Source: Candidatus Eiseniibacteriota bacterium (GTDB lineage: Bacteria; Joyebacterota; Joyebacteria; Joyebacterales; Joyebacteraceae). Taken from it: a DNA stretch of 64,000 nucleotides. Both the position numbers and the translations under genes were made by a program. The notes beneath the pieces are model-generated. The model made no database searches and had not been told where the DNA came from. It saw only the letters and a list, made by a program, of their open reading frames with translations. The DNA is taken from the NCBI GenBank assembly GCA_043819135.1, contig JBDRFG010000130.1:16005-80004 (forward strand). The letters are read 5' to 3'. Below are positions 56,793-64,000 of this stretch, piece by piece. Numbering within the stretch: the first letter of the stretch is position 1; every line of letters starts with the position of its first letter.

Positions 56793-56958
56793 TCCCATCT
56801 CAACCACGAACGGTCCCTCCGCGCAACGCCGGCGAGGGATGTTCTCCGTCGTCGCACTCCGTCTGTTGCATCCTGACCCGCGATTCATCCGCTTTGCTCC
56901 GCATCCGACCATGAGCGCCGTCCAGCGCCGTCCTGAGGCGAGTAATGTGCTTGCCGAC

Positions 56959-56974
56959 TGGCATAGATGTTGCA
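56959..56974 (+). promoter_or_regulatory. sigma54 (-24/-12) promoter candidate
   Basis: TGGCATAGATGTTGCA, close to the TGGCAC-N5-TTGCA consensus, about 100 nt upstream of the hydrolase gene. Confidence 0.65.
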
Positions 56975-57077
56975 GTGTGGCATGCAGTAAGAGAGCCCGA
57001 GATGTGCGTGCTACAGGTCCTGAGGCCAAGGGGGGCGACGGCGCATGGCGGTTACCATGGTGGCAGCTGAGAGAGAG

Positions 57078-59228
57078 ATGGATGGGGGACGCCGACCGGC
57101 GCTTGCGGCATGCGCGGCAGTGCTCGCGGTGCTGCTCCTGTCGGGCGCCGTGGACGACTCCTGGGCCGCGCATTCGTACCCGCGCCTCGTGAACATATAC
57201 TTCCCCTCACTCGGTGATGCGGACCTCGAGCTTCTGTCTCGCTGGGACGTGCTGGTGCTTGCGAAGCGCGCCGAGGACCGGCATCAGGCGGAGCTTGCTG
57301 AACTCCGGACGCTGAACCCCGACATCACGCTGCTCGCACACATGGCCGTAGCCTATAGCCGCGGCTACACTGACCCTCCGATCAACGCCGGTCTCACGGC
57401 GGAGATCGAGGCCAACGGGTGGTGGATGCGGGACACCGCGGGGGGGCACGTGACGTTCGATGGTGGGAGCCTCCTGTTGAACATGACTCTCGAGTGCCCG
57501 ACGAACGGTCAGGGGCAGAGGCTCTGCGACTGGCTGCCGGGGTATGTCGCGGAGCAGCTCTACGACGGCGGGCGATGGGACGGGCTCTTCCTGGACTACT
57601 CCGTCGACGGGATCTCGTGGATGGACGGGTGGTTGGAGTACCCCATAGACCACGACCTCGACGGCTTCGCCGCCGACCGCGCAGTGCTCAACGAGAGCTG
57701 GCGTCTCGGAATGCGGGAGTGCGTCTCGAAGCTCCGCGATCTCGTGGGAGATGACTTCCTCCTTGTGGGGAACGGGAACAACACGCTCTACGACCTCTGC
57801 GACGGGGACACCCGCGAAGCGTTTCCCTACATGCACGGTGACTGGTACGAGAACATGATGAACGAGGAGCACGGCTACCTGGCGTTCGAGGCGCTCTACA
57901 GGGACCCGACCACGAACATCATCAACTACATATGGCAAGGTGACGTCACGCCCGACGGGCCGGTGAGAGGCGGAGAGTTCGATCGGGAGTTTCTGCTAGG
58001 GCTTACCAGTACGCTCGTTTTCGGGAGCGGCTACTTCTCGTGCGACGGACCCGCCCACTCCGAGGCATGGTGGATCGAGTACTACGACATCGATCTCGGG
58101 GAGCCGCTGGGACGCGCCGAGAACGTGGATGTGCCCGAGGGAACCGTGCCGGAGTGGGTGGAGTTCACCAAGATACGCCGCTTCGAGAACGGCATAGCCG
58201 TGGTCAACCCGGCGCGTTGGAGCAGGGACATCCCGCTCGGAGGTGCCTACTACGACATACACTCGTGGAACGGGCAGTTCTACGAGTTCAAGGGCATGAG
58301 GACATCGGCCAGGGTCGCATACCAGTCCGGCGAGGTGCTGGTCGGGACCGGCGTCGTTCTCGCGCAGAAGGTTGGCTCGGCACGGGCCGTGGCCAGCCGC
58401 GACGCCGTCGCGATTTCCTGGGATCCTGTTGACGGCGCCACCTCCTACAGCATCTACCGCGCGAAGGTGGACAGCACCGGGAGCCCCGGACACAGGCTGC
58501 TCGTCAGTGTCGTCGACGAGCTGTTTTACACCGACAGAGACATCGTGAGCGCGAGCGACTACCGCTACTTCATCGCGCCCATCGATGAACTGAGATGCGA
58601 GGGCCAGCAGTCACGTGCTATAGAAGTGTCGACAGAACCGGGGAGCGACCTGTCCGTAGCGCTCATGGTCGATGAGCACGACGGGCTGCTGGCCCTTCGC
58701 TGGAATCCCCCGGTCAACTCCGACCCGCCCCTCGTGAGCTACGAGCTGTTGCGAACGGAGGAAGGCGGCAGCAGCAGCAGACTGACAGAGGAGCCGCTGG
58801 ACAATACCGTCACGGAGTACACCGATGCCGCCGTCGAGCCGGGGCGGGAGTATGTCTACGCGCTGGTGAGAAGGGCCGGTGCCGTCGAGGAGACGCTCGC
58901 CTGGGCGCGGGCGACCGCTCCGGCCGCGATCGGGCACCGCACCGCGTTCGTGGGGCTGCGCCCACAGCCTGCGTCGACCGCGACCTCCGTGTCCTTCATG
59001 CTGGCTGACGCCGCTCCTGGCGACGCGTCCGCAACGCGGCTCAGCGTGTACGATGTGGCAGGCCGTCTCGTGCGACGTCTCGTGGACGGCCCGCTCGGAC
59101 CCGGGCAGCACGTCAGGGAGTGGGATCTCGCCGGAGAGGGCGGGGAGAAGGTCGCCTCGGGCTGCTATCTCTTCGTGCTGGAGCGCGGCCGGGAGCGGCT
59201 GACGACCAAGGCCCTGGTGCTCAGATAG
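57078..59228 (+). CDS. Secreted putative glycoside hydrolase (GHL15-like barrel) + Fn3-like domains + FlgD-Ig/T9SS-like C-terminal domain
   Basis: Signal peptide; LNPDI.LL, WDGLFLD, DHDLDG and RRFENG..VVNP motifs; Fn3-like W..V.GATSY.IYR; C-terminal VYDVAGRLVR.L...WD......VASG.Y. ORF is open from 57045. Confidence 0.7.
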   Translation: MDGGRRPALAACAAVLAVLLLSGAVDDSWAAHSYPRLVNIYFPSLGDADLELLSRWDVLVLAKRAEDRHQAELAELRTLNPDITLLAHMAVAYSRGYTDPPINAGLTAEIEANGWWMRDTAGGHVTFDGGSLLLNMTLECPTNGQGQRLCDWLPGYVAEQLYDGGRWDGLFLDYSVDGISWMDGWLEYPIDHDLDGFAADRAVLNESWRLGMRECVSKLRDLVGDDFLLVGNGNNTLYDLCDGDTREAFPYMHGDWYENMMNEEHGYLAFEALYRDPTTNIINYIWQGDVTPDGPVRGGEFDREFLLGLTSTLVFGSGYFSCDGPAHSEAWWIEYYDIDLGEPLGRAENVDVPEGTVPEWVEFTKIRRFENGIAVVNPARWSRDIPLGGAYYDIHSWNGQFYEFKGMRTSARVAYQSGEVLVGTGVVLAQKVGSARAVASRDAVAISWDPVDGATSYSIYRAKVDSTGSPGHRLLVSVVDELFYTDRDIVSASDYRYFIAPIDELRCEGQQSRAIEVSTEPGSDLSVALMVDEHDGLLALRWNPPVNSDPPLVSYELLRTEEGGSSSRLTEEPLDNTVTEYTDAAVEPGREYVYALVRRAGAVEETLAWARATAPAAIGHRTAFVGLRPQPASTATSVSFMLADAAPGDASATRLSVYDVAGRLVRRLVDGPLGPGQHVREWDLAGEGGEKVASGCYLFVLERGRERLTTKALVLR

Positions 59229-59260
59229 CGTTCGCTCCGCAAGATAGTGTTCGCTCCGCA
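59223..59260 (+). repeat. 19-bp tandem duplication spanning the hydrolase stop codon
   Basis: AGATAGCGTTCGCTCCGCA / AGATAGTGTTCGCTCCGCA, one mismatch. Confidence 0.85.
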
Positions 59261-59368
59261 CCGACAGAACCCGAACTCAGCGATCACGCGAGGCCCGCGG
59301 CACGGGTCTCGCGGTGTTTTCGGTCACGGAAAGGCCGCAGGGCGGCTCCGGGGGCTCCGGAAGCTCGC

Positions 59369-59397
59369 TTGACAGGAATCCCGCACGGTGCTAGCGT
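59369..59397 (+). promoter_or_regulatory. sigma70-type promoter
   Basis: TTGACA-17 nt-TAGCGT with extended -10 TG. Confidence 0.6.
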
Positions 59398-59444
59398 GAC
59401 CCGGTCCAGGTCCACGCAGGCTCGTAACCAGCGCTGGAGGGAAC

Positions 59445-60104
59445 ATGAACTGGGTAGACATCATTATCGTGATCGTCCTGGCGATTGGTCTCGGCAAGGG
59501 GCTGGCGAACGGGTTCGTGCGAGGGCTCTTCGGGCTCGCCGCTCTGGTGCTCGGCATCATGATTGCCGCCGCCAACTACGAGCAGGTAACCGAGTTGCTG
59601 TTCTCACGGCTGGAGGTAGGAGCGCAGGGGCAGGCCATTCTTGGATTCCTGCTCGTGTTTGTCATCGTGCTCATCCTCGTGAGCGTCGTGGGCCGCATCC
59701 TCTCCAAGGCGCTCAAACTGGCGTCACTGGGCTGGCTGGACAGGCTCGCCGGCGGTATGCTGGGCGTGGTGATGGCCTGTGTCTTCACCGGCGTCCTTCT
59801 GCTCCTGGTCGTGATGGCCGGTCTGCAGAGCAACACTGGCGTTGCGAGATCGACCGTCGCGCCCACGGTCATCAGTGTGATGGACACGGTAGTTGCGTTC
59901 GCGCCCGACGCAGTGCGTGAAATGATAGAGGAGCACTACGTCAAGCTCCGCCTGGAGTGGGAGAGGGCCAGGCGAGAGGCTCCGAGCGAGGGCGAGGAAC
60001 GTGAGGAGGAGACGCAGAGCGTCGCGTCCATCGAGACGGCGTCCCGGTTCAGGGGCGCGTATCCGGTCCTGTGCCGCGTCGGGGTCACGGCCAGTGGCGC
60101 ATGA
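59445..60104 (+). CDS. cvpA: CvpA family membrane protein
   Basis: MNWVDIII...G...GFVR and LGWLDRLAGG.LG motifs; GGAGG RBS. Confidence 0.88.
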   Translation: MNWVDIIIVIVLAIGLGKGLANGFVRGLFGLAALVLGIMIAAANYEQVTELLFSRLEVGAQGQAILGFLLVFVIVLILVSVVGRILSKALKLASLGWLDRLAGGMLGVVMACVFTGVLLLLVVMAGLQSNTGVARSTVAPTVISVMDTVVAFAPDAVREMIEEHYVKLRLEWERARREAPSEGEEREEETQSVASIETASRFRGAYPVLCRVGVTASGA

Positions 60105-62007
60105 ACCCGATGAGGCAAGGGAACTGAGCGACGGCTTGCCGGCCGGCGGTAGCGCGGAGTCGAGCGAGGCCACGCTGTCCGATGCGGACGGCGCGGCGGA
60201 GGCGCCCGGCCCGTCGGTCCTCGACCAGCTCGGGATCGATTTGACGGAGGCCGCGTCGGAGCTGAAGATCGCGCTCGACGGCGAACTCTGGGAAACCGAG
60301 CTCCGGAGTATCAAGGAGATACTGGGGAGGCGCGAGCGCCATTCCGGCGTCCTGGTCGGACCGGACGGAGTGGGCAAGAGGGCGCTCGTCCTCACACTGG
60401 CCCGCCAGATATTGCAGGGCGATGTCCCGCGCCGGCTGGCCGGCAGGCGCATCATCGAACTTCCCTTCCACAGAGTCCTGGCCAGCGTCCGCGAGGCCGG
60501 CGACTTCGAGAAGATAGTCTTCACGGCTCTCAGAGAGGCCGCGGCTCGCGAGGACGTCATCCTGTTCCTGAACGGGATCGCGAGCTTCATGGGAGTGAGC
60601 GCAGTCGGGGCGCAGCCCGGTCTGTTCAACGCCTCCTACCTGCTCGAGATGGGATGCCATCAGCCTGGTCTCTATCTCATAGGGAGCACGACGCCGGGGT
60701 CCTATCGCGAAGTGCTTCGATTCCAGCCGTGGTGCGAGAGCCTGCTGCACCGCGTGGACGTGGACGAGCCGGGCAGAGAGACGGCCGTGGGAATCCTGAG
60801 AGGTGCCGTGCGGGGGCTCGAGGAGTATCACGGCGTTCAGATAGACGCGGAGGCGGTCGACGCGGCGGTGGACCTCTCCGACGAATACGTGCGCGAGCGC
60901 GTCCTTCCCGGGAAGGCGCTCGAACTCCTGGACCGCGCCGCCTCCAAGTCGACCACGTCGGCCGCGGGCTCCGACCGGGTTCCCACCGTTGGTGTCGAGC
61001 AGGTGACGGACGCTCTCGCCGACTGGACCGGGATACCGTCCGGCAAGCTGTCCGGTGCCATGCACGCGGAACTCGTCGGTCTGGAGGAGGGACTTCGCAG
61101 ACGGATCAGGGGGCAGGACGCCTGTATCAAGAAGCTCGCGGATGTTATCCGCGTCACCAAGCTCAATCTGAACGCGGTCCCGTCGCGGCCGGACGGCGTG
61201 TTTCTGTTCGTTGGTCCGAGCGGGGTCGGCAAGACCGAGCTGGCCCTGGCTCTCGCCGAGGAGCTGTACGGCAGCGAGTCACGGTTCCTTGCGTTCAACA
61301 TGACGCGGTACGCCGGAGAGGACGGGCTGCCGCGAATGGTCGGAGCGAAGCTGGGTGACACGGAACTTGAGGGTGAGCTGACGGCGGCGGTTGCCAGGCA
61401 CCCGCACTCCGTGATCGTCTTTGAGCACATCGAGCGGTCGCACCTCGACGTCGCGGTCATGCTGACGCAGATGTTCCGCGACGGGCACGTCGTGGACGGC
61501 AACGGGACGAGGCTGTCCCTGTCGAACTCCACGATCATCATGACCTCCAACTCCGAGAACCTTGTCCCTAAGCGGGACGACGACGGCACGGTGGGGTTCG
61601 GCGCCGCCAATCCCAATAGGAGCGACCGGTATCTCCAGCAGGCGAAGGACGCCATCGAGGAGTTCTTTCCGGCGGAGTTCATGGACGGCGTCGACGAGGT
61701 GCTGCTCTTCGACCCGCTGACCGAAGAGGCGCTGCGGGAGATCGTCCAGATCCATCTGGGGAACATCCGGGAGCGTCTCGCGCTCCGCTCGATATCACTG
61801 GAGGTGAGCGACGAAGCGGTGGCGAAGATAGTGACCAAGGGGGCGAGTCGGGAGTACGGGGCGCGCAATCTCGGCCGAACCGTGGAGGGTCTCCTCCTGA
61901 AGCCCCTCGCGCGATTCCTGGTGGCGAATCCCGACGCCCGCAAGGTCGGAGCGCGCGTGGTGGAGGGAGACGTGGAGGTCGTGGCGTTGAACGGCGGACG
62001 GTCGTGA
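60094..62007 (+). CDS. Divergent ClpA/ClpC-like double AAA+ protein lacking the N-domain, Walker B motifs degenerate
   Basis: GPDGVGKR, LPGKALELLD.A, RIRGQD, RPDGVFLFVGPSGVGKTELA, IIMTSN and EYGARNL.R motifs; GTG 60094 probable start. Confidence 0.8.
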   Translation: MAHEPDEARELSDGLPAGGSAESSEATLSDADGAAEAPGPSVLDQLGIDLTEAASELKIALDGELWETELRSIKEILGRRERHSGVLVGPDGVGKRALVLTLARQILQGDVPRRLAGRRIIELPFHRVLASVREAGDFEKIVFTALREAAAREDVILFLNGIASFMGVSAVGAQPGLFNASYLLEMGCHQPGLYLIGSTTPGSYREVLRFQPWCESLLHRVDVDEPGRETAVGILRGAVRGLEEYHGVQIDAEAVDAAVDLSDEYVRERVLPGKALELLDRAASKSTTSAAGSDRVPTVGVEQVTDALADWTGIPSGKLSGAMHAELVGLEEGLRRRIRGQDACIKKLADVIRVTKLNLNAVPSRPDGVFLFVGPSGVGKTELALALAEELYGSESRFLAFNMTRYAGEDGLPRMVGAKLGDTELEGELTAAVARHPHSVIVFEHIERSHLDVAVMLTQMFRDGHVVDGNGTRLSLSNSTIIMTSNSENLVPKRDDDGTVGFGAANPNRSDRYLQQAKDAIEEFFPAEFMDGVDEVLLFDPLTEEALREIVQIHLGNIRERLALRSISLEVSDEAVAKIVTKGASREYGARNLGRTVEGLLLKPLARFLVANPDARKVGARVVEGDVEVVALNGGRS

Positions 62008-62032
62008 CTGGACCGCCTGGAGGCGGACGCGC

Positions 62033-63454
62033 GTGAAGATGCTGATAGGAGGCAGGCCCGTCGGTGATGGCCCGGACGTCGAGGTCCGGAATCCTTTCGA
62101 CGGCTCTGTCGTCGGCACGGTCCCCGAGGCTACAGAAGAGGAAGTGGAACTGGCGCTCTCCGTGGCAACGGAGGGCGCGTCTGTTGTAGGAAGGCTCCCG
62201 CGCGTGGAGAGGGCCGCCGTGCTTGCGAGGGCGGCGGAGCTGATCGAGTCGAGTGGGGAGCAACTCACGCGGACGATCGCGTCGGAGTCCGGCAAGACCG
62301 TCCGTGAGGCCGAGGGCGAGGTCGGGCGCGCGGTTCAGACGTTCCGCGTGGCATCGGAGGAGGCTCGCCGCCTGGCCGGCGAAGTCGTGCCGTTCGACGG
62401 GGCTCCTACCGGGCGTGACCGCTTTGGGTTCTACCTGCGTGTCCCGCTCGGCGTGATCGTCGCGATAACTCCATTCAATTTCCCTCTGAACCTGGCGGCG
62501 CACAAGGTCGCGCCCGCGATAGCGGCCGGGAACTCCGTGATCCTCAAACCGGCGAGCGCCTGCCCTCTGACTGGTATCGCGCTCGGAGAGATCCTCTACG
62601 AAGCAGGCCTGCCGCCGGCCGGGCTCTCGGTCGTCACGGGGTCTGGCGGCGGCGTGGGCAGCCGGCTGGTCGGCGATCCCAGGCCGAGGATGGTGACGTT
62701 CACCGGGAGTCCGTCGGTCGGCAGGGCCATCGTCGCGTCGGCCGGTCTCAAGAAGACCGCCATGGAGCTGGGGTCGAACTCGGCCGTGATCGTTACTGAG
62801 AGGTGTGACGTCGAGGCGGCGGCCCAACGCTCCGCGAGAGCCGCCTTCGCGCTGGCCGGACAGGTCTGTATCTCGGTCCAGCGCGTCATCGTTGAGCGCG
62901 GAGTGATGGAGCGATTCCTCGAGGCCGCGTGTGCAGTCGCCCGTTCGCTGGTCGTCGGAGACCAGCTCTCCGCCGGGACCGACGTCGGCCCCATGATCGA
63001 AGAGGGGGAGGCCGCGCGGGCAGAGTCGTGGGTGGCCGAGGCCCGTGACGCGGGCGCCTCTGTGCTGGCCGGCGGCGCGCGTGCGGGAACGCTCTTCGAG
63101 CCGACGGTCCTCGTGGACGTGCCGGGCGCCGCGAGGATCTGGAGGGACGAGGCATTCGCGCCCGTGATGGCGGTCAGGCCATTCGACACTCTTGACGAGG
63201 CCATCGCCACGGTCAATGACTCCGCGTACGGTCTGCAGGCCGGGATCTACACGGACCGCCTGGAGGACGCGCTCCGCGCCGCGCACGAGATAGAGTGCGG
63301 CGGCGTGATGGTTAACGACGTGCCCACGTTCAGGGTGGATCTCATGCCCTACGGGGGACAGAAGGACAGCGGGCTGGGCCGCGAGGGTCCCAGATTCGCC
63401 GTTGAGGAGATGACGGAGATCCGCGTCGTCAGCTTCCGGAGGCCCGCTGCTTGA
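62033..63454 (+). CDS. NAD(P)-dependent aldehyde dehydrogenase
   Basis: ITPFNFP, FTGS, MELGSN, GQVCIS, E.FAPV, YGLQAG and PYGG.K.SG.GREG motifs. Confidence 0.93.
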   Translation: MKMLIGGRPVGDGPDVEVRNPFDGSVVGTVPEATEEEVELALSVATEGASVVGRLPRVERAAVLARAAELIESSGEQLTRTIASESGKTVREAEGEVGRAVQTFRVASEEARRLAGEVVPFDGAPTGRDRFGFYLRVPLGVIVAITPFNFPLNLAAHKVAPAIAAGNSVILKPASACPLTGIALGEILYEAGLPPAGLSVVTGSGGGVGSRLVGDPRPRMVTFTGSPSVGRAIVASAGLKKTAMELGSNSAVIVTERCDVEAAAQRSARAAFALAGQVCISVQRVIVERGVMERFLEAACAVARSLVVGDQLSAGTDVGPMIEEGEAARAESWVAEARDAGASVLAGGARAGTLFEPTVLVDVPGAARIWRDEAFAPVMAVRPFDTLDEAIATVNDSAYGLQAGIYTDRLEDALRAAHEIECGGVMVNDVPTFRVDLMPYGGQKDSGLGREGPRFAVEEMTEIRVVSFRRPAA

Positions 63455-63486
63455 GGATTCAGAGGCATCCTGCGTCCGCATGGGGC

Positions 63487-63515
63487 TTGACAGCGGCCCC
63501 TCGAGCGGATACCTT
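63487..63515 (+). promoter_or_regulatory. sigma70-type promoter for tRNA-Val/infC
   Basis: TTGACA-17 nt-TACCTT. Confidence 0.6.
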
Positions 63516-63566
63516 TGTTGTTCCGGCGGGGAGTTGTGTTTCCCGCCGGCAGCGCGGCTCTCGCAT

Positions 63567-63644
<78 letters not shown>

Positions 63645-63677
63645 CTCCGGGCGCCGCGGCGACAAGACATATGAAAA

Positions 63678-63806
63678 GAAGTAGAAGCATCTCGCTTCTC
63701 ACCTCGAGGGCTCGTACGAGACCCGAAGAGGTAGCGAACGGATACGGGAGACTCGCTCTCCCGATCGTCCGGATTACGGGATGCTTGGATTCAGGCATCC
63801 CGTTTT
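63678..63806 (+). ncRNA. Ribosomal protein L20 leader-like attenuator upstream of infC
   Basis: 5' AAGTAGAAGCATCTCGCTTCTCACC resembles the recalled L20-leader core (AGAAGC...GCTTCTCACC). 3' terminator ACGGGATGCTTG-GATT-CAGGCATCCCGT-TTT, whose left arm can pair alternatively with GCATCTCG. Confidence 0.75.
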
Positions 63807-63857
63807 CCATGTGAAGCCGTCGGGAAGTCCGACAAGCCGGAAGGGGGTAAGGTGGCG

Positions 63858-64000
63858 ATACAGAGCCCGCGCGTCAACAGGCGGATACGGATCCCGCAGG
63901 TTCGCGTCATCAACGATGACGGGGAGCAGCTGGGAGTCATCCCAACGTCTGAGGCGCTTGCTTTGGCGGAGGAGAGGGGGCTCGACCTGGTCGAGGTCTC
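63858..64000 (+). CDS. infC: Translation initiation factor IF-3, 3'-truncated; probable ATA start
   Basis: Translates [47 protein letters not shown] (IF3 N-domain); no ATG; in-frame GTG at 63852 is an alternative. Not in the ORF track. Confidence 0.92.
   Translation, partial: MQSPRVNRRIRIPQVRVINDDGEQLGVIPTSEALALAEERGLDLVEV

Noticed and set aside
56702..59260. Genomic island integrated at tRNA-Leu
   Set aside because: No integrase, no duplicated tRNA 3' end and no visible compositional shift.
59223..59260. CRISPR repeat
   Set aside because: Only two abutting copies, no spacer and no cas genes.
414..63481. Many long minus-strand and alternate-frame ORFs (e.g. 61679-63481, 11577-12941, 18517-19911, 15993-17576)
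   Set aside because: Shadow ORFs of GC-rich genes: they overlap well-supported CDSs and show Arg/Pro/Gly-rich or antisense-type composition with no family motifs.

Overview
GC-rich window (about two-thirds G+C by eye) from a diderm, LPS-making bacterium, almost entirely coded on the + strand. An LpxC-FabZ fusion, a FlgD-Ig/T9SS-like C-terminal domain and a C-terminal 'SSWGAIKALYR' tag suggest an FCB-adjacent candidate lineage such as Eisenbacteria, Krumholzibacteriota or Latescibacterota (inference). Gene order: (1) skp-lpxD-lpxC/fabZ-lpxA, then gnnA-like-lpxB-DUF374-waaA-lpxK-nadA-nadB running into an AmmeMemoRadiSam module whose proteins both carry export or anchor signals. (2) A secreted beta-helix protein and a convergent 14-TM spermidine-synthase-like protein. 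(3) An msbA/LPS core operon (4 GT9, 3 GT4-type, O-antigen ligase, gmhB, DUF3108, DHS-like protein). (4) A priming sugar transferase, a GT-C transferase and a sigma54-type Wza/Wzc/Wzy exopolysaccharide locus with an ExeA-SPOR ATPase, heparinase-like protein, nucleotide-sugar dehydrogenase and radical SAM enzyme. (5) Prenyl synthase, manC, galT-glgA and tRNA-Gly/Cys/Leu. (6) A secreted putative glycoside hydrolase, cvpA, a degenerate Clp ATPase, an ALDH, tRNA-Val, an L20-leader-like RNA and the start of infC. The best candidate for an undescribed system is an envelope-facing, SAM-dependent module (lipoprotein Memo-AMMECR1 fusion, signal-bearing radical SAM, membrane SAM-binding enzyme with an outside-facing domain). 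No CRISPR array, integrase, transposase or rRNA was seen. All family calls come from motif recognition by eye, not database searches.
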